Positions 53,101 through 62,717 of a stretch of 64,000 nt of DNA are shown piece after piece. The notes under the pieces were generated by a model. The model was given only the letters and a program-made list of their open reading frames with translations, made no database searches and was not told the origin of the DNA. This DNA comes from Trueperaceae bacterium (GTDB lineage: Bacteria > Deinococcota > Deinococci > Deinococcales > Trueperaceae), in contig JAXHLW010000013.1 in NCBI GenBank assembly GCA_034521815.1, positions 1,696,001 to 1,760,000 of the forward strand, given 5' to 3'. The position numbers and the translations under genes are program-made. Position 1 is the first letter of the stretch. Each line of letters starts with the position of its first letter.

Positions 53101-56100
53101 TCGTCCGCTCGAGATCGGTGACGGTGGGGACGTCGTTCACCTCCTCGACGGCCACGTCCACGGATCGGCTCGCCTCGAGGAGCGCACCGAAGGAACCGAC
53201 GTTCCCCTGGTCCTCCAGGCGCGCGTCGAGGCGGGCGGCACCCTGCAGGTCGTTGAAGTCCGGGGCGGGCGTGAAGGTCACGCCCGCCGCCAGTGCGGCT
53301 CCGACGTCGTCGAGCGTGCCGACGAGCACCAGCTCGTCGCTGCCCCTCCGGTCACCGGAGACGGCGCTGCCGTCGAAGAGCGTCAACGTCCCGTGCTGCG
53401 CGGACAGGGTGACGCGGAACGCCACGGCGGGATCGCTGGTCGCGCCGCCGGCGACGTCGAGGTCGGAGATCGCGAAGCCGGTGGTCGTGACCGGCTGGTC
53501 CTCGTCGGTCGTCAGCGACGCCGGGGCGTCGATCGTCGGGCGCGTCGTTCACGGGTCGCACGTTCACGTCGAAGCTCGTGCTGGCGACCTCGTCGTCGGT
53601 CGTGCCCGTGCCGGTCAGCACGAGACCGGCGTCCACGACGGCCGCGTCCTCCGGGTCGAGGCCGTGATAGCCGTCGTCGCTCACCGTGACGGTCACGGTG
53701 TCGATGCCGTTGGCGTTCGGCGCGCCGAGGTAGACGAGCGTCGCCCCGGTCGCGTTGGCGTCGGCGTACGTGCCGGTGATCGTGAGCGCGCCGGTGCCGT
53801 CGCCCGCGAGGGCCGCATCGCCGACGGCGGTCGCCGTAAAGCGTTCCGAGGCCGGCGCTGGTCACCTCGACGACGAACGGTCCGGCATCCGGCAGCAGCG
53901 TGCCGGAGGTGTCGTACGCGTCGGGATCGTCGAAGGCGATCCCGACGAGCGCGAGCTCCACGTCCTCCGCACCGACGCGGTCGCCGGCGGTGGTGAGCGT
54001 GGGCGCGTCGTTGACGGGCGTGATCTGCACGCGGAACCGGATCTGCGGCTCGTCGCCGCCGCCACCGTCCGACAGGCGCAGGGTGGCGGCGTCGCTGGTG
54101 CCCTGGCCACCGTCGTGGCGGTACGCGAGACGACCGTCGATCAGGTCCGCCTGGCTGAACGCGCTGTTCACGCCGAGGGGCGCGCCGTCGAACAGGAACC
54201 GCCCGTGGTCGAAGTCGTCCACGAGGCGGAACTGCACCTGCACAGCGGTGTTGTCGGGGTCGAACGCTCCGAGGTGCTCGGTGGTCGACAGGGTGCGCGT
54301 GGCGCCCTCGAGCACGACGAGCAGCTCGTTGACGATCACGAGCTCACCGTCCTCGCCGAGCTCGAGGTCGGGGTCGACGACCGGGTCGATGTTCTGGGGG
54401 GCGATGTCGATCGTGACCACGGCGCTCGCTCTGGCGTTGACGGCACCGGTGCCGTCGTCGACGACCAACGTGAACGCGTCGGCGTAGTTCACCGACCCGT
54501 CGTGCTGGTACCGGAGCCGGCCCTCGAGCACGTCGGCGGCCGGCACGGAGGAGGTGGCATCCACCACCTCGTAGGTCGCGGGATCGTCGGGGTCGTACGA
54601 GGCGGCCGTCTGCCGGCGCACCTCCCCGTACGACGGGGCGTCGCCCACCGAGAACGCGAGGTCGTTGGGCGTGGCCAACGGCTCGGCCGGCTTGTCCGTG
54701 TCCTCGCCGTCGTCGTCCAAGTAGCGCAGGACGGCGTCGTCGATGGCCACGGATCCGCCCTGCAGCGCGAGCGGAACCTCGTCCCGAACCTCGAGCACGG
54801 GCCGGTCGTTGAGCGGTGTCGCGTCGATGGCGAAGGTCGCCGGCTCGACGATCTCGGAGCCGTCGGTGTAGCTGACGTCGAAGGCGTCGAGGAAGCGCTC
54901 GCCGCCATCGTGGTGGTACGCGAGGCGGCCGGCGTCCACGTCGGCCTGGGTGAAGCGCTCGCCGGCGTGCAGCCGCCGTCCGTCCAGGCGCAGCAGGCCG
55001 TGGACGGGTTCGTCGTCGAGGACGAAGCGCAGCTCGGCCGGCGCCTGGTCGTCGTCGACGACCTGGAGCGACGCGGAGCCGATCGGCGCACTGGCGCCTT
55101 CGTCGAGGACCAGCGTCTCGTTCGTCGCCAACGTCGGTTCGAGGTTGACGAAGAACACGGTGAACGCGGCGGTGGCCGTTGCGGTGTCGCCCTCCCCATC
55201 CTCCAGGGTGTAGCTGAACGAGGCCGTGCCGGCGAAGGTTCGAGTCGGGGTGAAGGTCACGGAGCCGCCGGTTTCGAGCACGACGGTTCCGCCGACGGGC
55301 GACGCGACGCTCTGGATCGCCAGCGGGTCCACGCCCGAATCGTTCCCCAGCAGCGCGCTCGCCGGGATCGCGATGGGCGTTCCGCCGCGCACGGCGTCGG
55401 CGAGCGGATCGTCGCGCGCGACCGCCGCGCCGGTGCCGGGATTCTCGCCACCCCCGGCCACCGGGTCGCCGGTGACCGGGTCGATCGGGTCGAGGACGAT
55501 TCCGCCCGGACCCTCGATGCCCCCGCCGGCGGCGGGGGTGAAGGTGATGTCGATCGGCACCTCGAGGGCCCGCAGCGCCCGCCGTCGTACACGCCGCCGA
55601 TCCGATCGGTGACGACGCCATCGGCGTCGACCGCGTAGGTGCGATCGCCGTCGCGCACGGTGACGACGAACGCGTCGGTCGCGTTCCGCGTCTGAGCGCT
55701 GCGGTACGCGATCCGCTCGGCGTCCACGTCGGCCTGGGTGAAGGTGGCGCCCACGCCCAGCGGGGCGCCGTTCAGGAACAGCATCCCGTGCGCCGGCCGC
55801 TGCTCGAGACGGTAGGTGACGACGTCGGAGTCGACGTCGGCGGCGCACAGCTGGTCGCCCGTGACGTCCGCGGTGCTCGCGACGGACAGGTCGAGGGCCA
55901 GCGGGTCCAACGGGTCGGCGCAGAGCACCGGGTCGTCGTTCACGGGCCGCACGGTCACGTCCACGCTGGCGGGCGTCGAGAGGACGTCGTCCCCGCTGCT
56001 CGGTGCCCGTGTCGGTGACGATCACGTCGAAGGCGACGTCCGCCGGGAGCCGCTGCTCGGGGGCGGTGTGGCGCAGGATCAGGCGGTCTAGGTCCGCGTA

Positions 56101-59100
56101 GCCGAGCACGAAACCGACCGCGACCGGTGCGCCGTCGAACTCGAGCACCGCCTCCGGCAGGCTCTCGCCGAGGGTCGCGGGCAGGCTGTCGATGGAGACG
56201 GTCAGGTCGCCCGCGGCCGTCCGATCGTCGTCGACGGGGAGGGTCAGGCGGGTGGTGCTCCCCTCGAACACGGTGGCACGCGCGCTACCGACGTCCGGCG
56301 CGATGTTGACCTCGGCGATGTCGATGGGGACCGCCACCGGACCGACGGTGCCGCCGGCACCGTCGCGCAGCGTGACGGTGAAAGCGTCGATCAGGTTCGT
56401 CGAGCCGTCGTGGGTGTAGTCCACCGACGCGAGGTCGGCGTAGGCGAAGGTGCGGCCCGCGAGGGCGCGGGTGCCGTTCACGGTCAGGCGCCCGTTCGTG
56501 GGCCCCGCGTCGATACGGAAGATGAGCTGCTCGTCGGCGTTGTCCACGTCGGTCGCGACGAGGACGTCGGTGGAGAAGGCGAGGTCGCCGCCTTGCGGCG
56601 CGACCGCGACGAGCGTCTGGCCGTCGCCGGGACGCGCGTCGCCGGGGACGTACAGCACGGGCGGATCGTTCACCGGCGTGACGTTCACCGGGACCGACAC
56701 GCTTCCGCTGCTGCCGCCGATGCCAGGGATGGCGTCGGTGACGTCGAGGACGATCGTCTGCGCGGCCGCGGGCTCGCGCCCGTCGTGGACGTAGCGCACG
56801 TGGCCGGCGTTCACCTGGGCCTGGGTGAACGTGCCCCCCTCCGCCAACGCGGTCCACGTCCCGTCGCCGGCGACGTCGAGCTGCAGCTGGCCTTCGGCGA
56901 GGTCGGTCCCGGCGGCGACCGTGAACACGATCGAGGCCGGCCCGGCCTCGTCGTCGGTGACCTCGAGCTCGTCGGGCGTCAGCACGCCGGCGCCCCCCTC
57001 GTCCACGCGCAGGGCCCGACCGGGCTCGATCGTGAACGGCGTGTCGGTCGCGGTCACGACGATCGTCGCGGTGCCGCCCGCGCCGTCCAGCCACGCTTCG
57101 TCCGCCAGGGCCGTGACGGCCACCGTCGCGCGCGACGCCGACTGCGTGAAGGCGGTTCCGTCGGGCGTGGTGGCGTCGAGCGCGTGGACGGTCAGGTCGC
57201 CCACCTCGCCGAAATGGCCGGCCGCGGGCACGAAGCGCAGCAGCGCCTCGGCGGGGAGCGCCAGGGCGCTCGAAGGATCGACCGTGCCGACCCCGTGCCA
57301 GCTCACGCCGTTGTTCGTGCTGTAGCTCCAGACCCCTTCGCCGGGGGTGCTGGCGTCGTCCGCGACGGCGAGCGCGAGGAGCGCGTCGCCGTCGACGTCG
57401 CCGTACGTCCCGAGGAACAGGTCGCTCAGGCGTTCGCCCTCGGAATCCAGACTGTTGACGGCGACCGCGTCGAGTTGCGCGTCGCCGGTGGTGGGCGCAT
57501 CGAGGACGTTCGCGACGTCGATCGCGACGGTCGCGGTGTCGTCCTTCGCCTGATCCTGATCCAGCGATCCGCCGAGGTCGTCGACGGTGGCGGTCAGGGT
57601 GACGGTGCCGAAGAAGTCCGGGGCGGGCGCGTAGGCGAGGTCCGCGAGGGCGGTGTTCAGGTCCGCCAGCGTTCCGGTGACGCGAACGCGCGTCCCGCCG
57701 TTGGCGTCCACCTCATCGACCGTCAATCCGGCGATCGTGCCGAACGTCAGGGTGCCGGGGTCGGCGACCGTCGGGCTCCCCTGCGCCGCGACCGCCACCT
57801 CGACGAGCACCGTGAGGTCGGTCGTCCCCGCATCGAGGTCGGTCACCGCGAGCGCCGGTAGCGCCAGCGTCGCATCCTCGTCCATGGCCTGCGGGCCGGG
57901 CACGGTCAGGCTCGGGGGCTCGTTGAACTCGGCCACCTCGAGGGTGACGGTGGCGGGATCCGACTCAACGCCGGCGGCGTCGATCGCTCTGAAGGTGAAC
58001 TCCGTGGAACCGTCGCGGTTCGTCTCGGGGACGAAGCGCAGCGCGGCGGCGCCCTCCGCTTGGGCGCGCGGAAGGGCGGTGCCGACCGTGGCCTCGCCAT
58101 CGCCCACGACCTCGAGGGTGCCCCAGGCGGGCAGCGACTCGATTCGGTAGTCGGTGATGGCCGCGTCGGTGTCCGGGTCGCTGCCGCCGTCCACGTCGCT
58201 GCCCTGGAGACCGAACGTGACCGCGACGTTCTTTTGCGTGCTCACCGTGGCGGAGCTCGCGACCGGCGCGTCGTTGACCGGCGTGACGCTCGTGGCCAGC
58301 GTCGCGCCGAAGGGGTCGAGGCGCTGCTGCGACCCGTCGTCGACGTCCGTGGTTCCGCGCGTCGAGCCACTCGTGAACGTGCCGACGCTCGGCGCGCCGG
58401 CGTTGTCGTCCACCGCGTGGAGCCGCAGCGCCCAGGGGTGCCGAACCGGTCCTCGGCCGGCAGGAAGCGCAACTGCGCGTCGCCAGGCAAGAGCAAGGCG
58501 CTCGCGGGCGAGACGACGCCCACGTCGAACCACGACGCGCCGCCGTCGGTGCTGTACTGCCAGACGCCCTGCTGTGCGGTGGCGGCATCGTCGCTCACCG
58601 CCACGCCGGCGAGGTCGTCGCCGTCGACGTCCGCGAACGCGGTGACGCGCGACGCGACGGGGACGCTGGCCGGGTCCGCCGTGTCCTCGGCCACCGCCGG
58701 CAGCGCGTCGAGGGCGCCGGTGGTCGGACGATCGGGAACCGGGGCGATCGTCAGCTCGAACGACAACGTCGTCGTGTTGCCCGTCGGCGCCGAGAGGTTC
58801 GATTGCACTTCGACGTCGATCGTGAGGTCGCCGAACCAGTCGTCCGCAGGCTCGAAGCTCAGGTCGCTCAGGAACGCGTTGACGGCTTGCCGGTCGCCGT
58901 CGGTGGAGAGCTCGACCGCGCGGACTCCCTCGGACTCGAGCAGGCCGTCGCCCCCGACGGCCCGCACGATCGCACGGTAGGTGCTCGCGTCGGGGCTTTC
59001 GACGCTCAGCTCGATGCCCGCGAAGGAGAACGTCGTGTCCTCGGCCCCCGTCTGGTGCCCGGGATCCGTCACCACCGGCGCGCCCTGCGCCGCGACCGTC

Positions 59101-59183
59101 CCTCCTGGCCAGCCGAAGGACGCGGACAGCAGCACGGCGCATGCGATGACGAAGGAAAAGCGGGTGGCGATGCGCGTGAGCAT
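26183..59183 (-). CDS. Giant repetitive surface adhesin (~11,000 aa) with Sec signal peptide, cadherin-like/CSPG/VCBS/Ig repeats, an SdrD-B-like domain and a C-terminal beta-barrel-like region; split into many ORFs by apparent sequencing frameshifts
   Basis: AGGAG RBS and ATG 59183 (MLTRIATRFSFVIACAVLLSASFGWPGGTVAAQ). Continuous VNDAP/GTNDAP repeat boundaries run across ORFs 58242-59342, 53512-59268, 42170-44101, 35140-41496, 28365-35153 and 26183-28741. At the junctions I checked, frame changes fall inside repeat units with no intergenic gap or new RBS. Ends in GFTIGIEGDGLFRW. Confidence 0.75.
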
Positions 59184-59478
59184 GGTCGTTCTCCTGGCGG
59201 CAGAGGCGCCGCGGGGACCGCCGAGGGGACGGGGGTCGAAGATGAATGAGGGGGACGCGATCGGCCACGACGTCCTGCCCAGGTACGACAACGCGACGAG
59301 GGTCGCACGTCTCGACTCACGGAATCGTGAATAGGTGCGCATGTGCCCGATCAGGGACGAATGTTCCTAGCCGGACTCCCCAGCGTGTGTGAACCAAAGC
59401 GGGACCGGGGCGACGACGTGCTGCAGCGTTCGATGCGCATGGGCGACGAAGCTGGCGTGCTTGGCCCGGCTCGGGTGC

Positions 59479-60546
59479 CTACGTCGTCTGCACGCGCGAC
59501 GATCCCAGCTCGATCTTGGACTCGCCCTCGCGCAGCGAGCGCTCGGCCTCCAGACACAGTCGCACGGCGGCCAGGCCGTCTCGGCCGTCCGCCAGGGGAG
59601 GCGGACCGCCCGCGCAGGCGGCGAGGAACGCCTTCGTCTGCAGCGGCAGATCGTGCGCATGTCCCGTCGCTTCGCGCAGATCGAGGCGCTCGGCAGGCGC
59701 GTCGCGATCGTTGCCGGCGTGCAGCCACGCCTCGACCAGCGGATCGGGATCGGCGTCCATCGAGCCCACCCAGTGCGCCCTGAACGCGCCTTCGTCCCCG
59801 ATGAGCGTGAGCGTGACGCGGTGGCCCCAGGCCGCGACCGAGCGGGTCACGGACGCTTGGCCGTGATCGGTCCACAGCCTCACGTCCAGATTCTCCCAGC
59901 CGTCCTCGTGCCCGGCGCGACTCGTCGCGAACGCCTGCAGAGCGCGAGGCTCGCCCAGGAGCCAGCGGGCCAGGTCCAGGTAGTGGATCGGCTCCTCCAG
60001 GATCGAGCTTCCCAGCTTCGCCGGATCGGCCTTCCAGCCCCCCGAGCCAGCGCGGTACGGCCGTCGCCACAGATCCAGCGCCAGGTGCCGAGGCGTTCCC
60101 AGCACGCCGTCGTCCAGCAGCCGCTTGGCGCGCTGGGCCCAGGCGAACGCCCGCATCTCGTGACCGAGCGCCAATACGCGGCCGGCCTCGTCCGCTTCCC
60201 GAAGCAGCCGCTCCGCACCGACGACGTCCAGCGCCATCGGCTTCTCCAGCAGCACGTGACGTCCGGCGCGCAGCGCGGCCGACGCATGCTCGACGTGCAG
60301 ATGGTTCGGGCTCGCGATGATCACGGCCTCCGGCCCGCCGTCCAAGAAGCGTTCCAGCGAGACGAACGCCGGAACGCCCCAGTCGCCGCGCACCCGCTCG
60401 GCGCTGCTCTCGGTCGCGACGAGGACACGGTCCAGGGGAACGCCGAGCGTCGCCAGCGCATCGCGATGCAGCGTGGCCCACCGACCCGCGCCGATCAGTC
60501 CGACGCGCACGTTCGTCTCGGCCCCGCTCTCGACGCCGCCGCTCAC
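59479..60546 (-). CDS. Gfo/Idh/MocA family oxidoreductase
   Basis: GTG overlaps the upstream stop. VGLIGAGRW, IASPNHLH, HVLLEKPMA and EEPIHYLDL. Confidence 0.9.
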   Translation of the reverse strand: MSGGVESGAETNVRVGLIGAGRWATLHRDALATLGVPLDRVLVATESSAERVRGDWGVPAFVSLERFLDGGPEAVIIASPNHLHVEHASAALRAGRHVLLEKPMALDVVGAERLLREADEAGRVLALGHEMRAFAWAQRAKRLLDDGVLGTPRHLALDLWRRPYRAGSGGWKADPAKLGSSILEEPIHYLDLARWLLGEPRALQAFATSRAGHEDGWENLDVRLWTDHGQASVTRSVAAWGHRVTLTLIGDEGAFRAHWVGSMDADPDPLVEAWLHAGNDRDAPAERLDLREATGHAHDLPLQTKAFLAACAGGPPPLADGRDGLAAVRLCLEAERSLREGESKIELGSSRVQTT

Positions 60547-61565
60547 GTCGGCATCGCCTCGACCGACAGCCGACTCGGATCGACCGGACGCGCATCGCGC
60601 ACCGCGGCCAGCACGGCCAGCGAGGCGCGCAGCGCCCGCGTTCCCGCGTGCACGTCGGCCAGGCCCTGCGGACCGTCGCCGTCCAGCTCCCGCGCGAACG
60701 CGCGGATCTGCTCGGCCCACGGGTCCACACCGTCCCGCTCGTAGACGCGAGGCTCGGCGCCACGCACCAGCTGCACCGTCGTGCCGTCCGTTTCGATCAG
60801 GCCGCCCGGCCCCACGTAGGTGTGGCGCTCCATCGCCGGAATGCCCGACGGCAGGCCCCACGACAGCTGGATCTGGCCCGATCCGGCCTCGCCGTAGTCG
60901 AGCGACACCTGCACCGTGTCCAACGCCACGTGCTCGATTCCAGCCAGCTCGGGCTTGTCCGCCCCGAACGTGTGGCCGTGAGCCGCGACCCTGACCGGCG
61001 GAACGCCGAAGACGCGCTCCCAGCGATCGAACAGGTGGCACGCCATGTCGATCACCGGACCGCCGTTCGCGCGGGCGTCGTGCATCAGCAGCTTGGGACG
61101 GACCCCGGCGGCCAGCGTGGCCTGCGCCATGATCGGCCCGCCCAGCTCGTCGATGTCCGACTCGACGTGCCTCCACACCGGGTCGAACCGCCGCGTGAAG
61201 CCGATCCGAAGCCTGCGCCCCGAGCTCCGCTCCGCCGCCGCCATCGCCTCGGCGTCCGCCAGCGTGAGCGCGACCGGCTTCTCGCACAGCACGTCCCTGC
61301 CCCCCTCCAGCGCCGCGATCGTCACGGGAGGATGGAGGTACGTCGGCGTGCACACCGACACGACGTCCACGCCCGGGAGCGCGACCGCCTCGATCGGATC
61401 GGCCGCCGACACCGCTCCGTGCTCCGCAGCGAGGACGGACGCGCGCGCCGCGTCGGGATCGCACACCACCACGATCCGCGCGCCGGTCGCCGCCCAATGC
61501 CGGGCGTGCCGGGCCCCCATGTCACCCGCGCCGATCACCGCGACGCCCCGGCGGTCGGGACTCAC
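60543..61565 (-). CDS. Gfo/Idh/MocA family oxidoreductase
   Basis: GTG overlaps the aldolase stop. VAVIGAGDMG, VCTPTYLH, VLCEKPVA, GFTRRFDP and GGPVIDMACHLFD. Confidence 0.9.
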   Translation of the reverse strand: MSPDRRGVAVIGAGDMGARHARHWAATGARIVVVCDPDAARASVLAAEHGAVSAADPIEAVALPGVDVVSVCTPTYLHPPVTIAALEGGRDVLCEKPVALTLADAEAMAAAERSSGRRLRIGFTRRFDPVWRHVESDIDELGGPIMAQATLAAGVRPKLLMHDARANGGPVIDMACHLFDRWERVFGVPPVRVAAHGHTFGADKPELAGIEHVALDTVQVSLDYGEAGSGQIQLSWGLPSGIPAMERHTYVGPGGLIETDGTTVQLVRGAEPRVYERDGVDPWAEQIRAFARELDGDGPQGLADVHAGTRALRASLAVLAAVRDARPVDPSRLSVEAMPT

Positions 61566-62677
61566 GAGGCGTCGTCCGCCCCGTCGGCCGCGTCCACCCG
61601 GTCGGGCGACGGGTAGCGGCGCACCCAGTCGGGGCCCGCGCCCTCCAGTCGCGGCCTTCCCCCGAAGCGGCGATGCTCCGTCCACGGACGCGCTTCCTGG
61701 ACGCGTGCGCCCAGCCGGCGCATCAGCGGCACCGACCGGGTGCGGAGCGACGCCGCGACCGCGTCGCGATCGGGCCACGCCTCGAGCGCCGACAGCCACA
61801 ACGCCCGCCCGGCCAGGAATCCGCTGGCGCCAGCGCCGACGCCCAGCTCGACACCGAACTCGAACGCCCGCGGGCCGACCCCGGCCGAGAGCAGCACCCA
61901 CGGCACCGGCGACGCCGAATCCATCTCCGCCAGGAGCGTCCGGGCCTCGCCCAGGTCCAGCACCGGCTCGCGCGACTCGCCGTCCAGCGCGCCGGCAGCG
62001 ACCTCGCGCACCCGGTGCGGGTCGAACGGAAGCTCCAGCTTGAACAGGTCCACGCCGAAGGAGGGATCGGCGAAGTGGCGCAGCGAGCCCAGCACGCGCT
62101 CGGCCTTCGCTCGGATCCAGCTCGGATCGCTCACGTCCTCGCCGGGCAGAGGGTAGTCGAGGAGCTCCAGCACGAACGGAAGATCGTAGCGACGACACGC
62201 CTCCGCCGCCTCGAGAACGAACGTGTCCTGGTGGCGGCGGGTCGCGTCCGACACGTCGGGGCGGTCCCAGGCCAGCACCTTGATCGCGTCCGCGCCGGAG
62301 CGGCGCGCCTTCGCGACCGACCAGCCCTCGATCGCGACCGAACGCCGCTCGCCGTCCACCTCGCGAAACGCGTAGCCCTCCAGCGTCGAGAGCATGGCGA
62401 CGTCGCCGGGCAGATCGAGAAGCGCGTGCGGCTGCGCCCAGACGGGGTCGAGAAGCACCGCGCCGGCGTGCGGCCCGAGCTCCCGGATCAGCAGAGCCTT
62501 CGCGTCCGCCACCTCCTCCCAGGAGAGCTCGTCCTCGGAGACGTTCAACGCGGTGGACAGAGCACGGAACAGCGGCGGCCGCTGGTCGACGGCGACCATC
62601 CGGAAGCGGCCGTCCCGGTCGGCGAGGCGCGCCATGCCACGGAGCTTTCCGGCACTCAACGGTTTCGTTTCGGTCAC
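61562..62677 (-). CDS. Class I aldolase of the tagatose-1,6-bisphosphate (LacD) / sulfofructosephosphate (YihT) family
   Basis: GRFRMVAVDQR, AVLLDP, GADAIKVL, PFVLE, GVDLFKLELP, PWVLLSAGV and GASGFLAGRALW. Confidence 0.88.
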   Translation of the reverse strand: MTETKPLSAGKLRGMARLADRDGRFRMVAVDQRPPLFRALSTALNVSEDELSWEEVADAKALLIRELGPHAGAVLLDPVWAQPHALLDLPGDVAMLSTLEGYAFREVDGERRSVAIEGWSVAKARRSGADAIKVLAWDRPDVSDATRRHQDTFVLEAAEACRRYDLPFVLELLDYPLPGEDVSDPSWIRAKAERVLGSLRHFADPSFGVDLFKLELPFDPHRVREVAAGALDGESREPVLDLGEARTLLAEMDSASPVPWVLLSAGVGPRAFEFGVELGVGAGASGFLAGRALWLSALEAWPDRDAVAASLRTRSVPLMRRLGARVQEARPWTEHRRFGGRPRLEGAGPDWVRRYPSPDRVDAADGADDAS

Positions 62678-62717
62678 GGCTTCGTCCTTTCGTCGGTCCG
62701 GGAGGCTCGTCGCCGCC

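Noticed and set aside
26183-59183. RTX toxin / T1SS substrate or contact-dependent inhibition system
   Set aside because: No nonapeptide RTX run, toxin domain, immunity gene, T1SS or TpsB partner seen. A signal peptide is present.
59184-59478. c-di-GMP riboswitch upstream of the adhesin
   Set aside because: Could not recognise the conserved class I or class II motifs by eye. An Infernal search would be needed.
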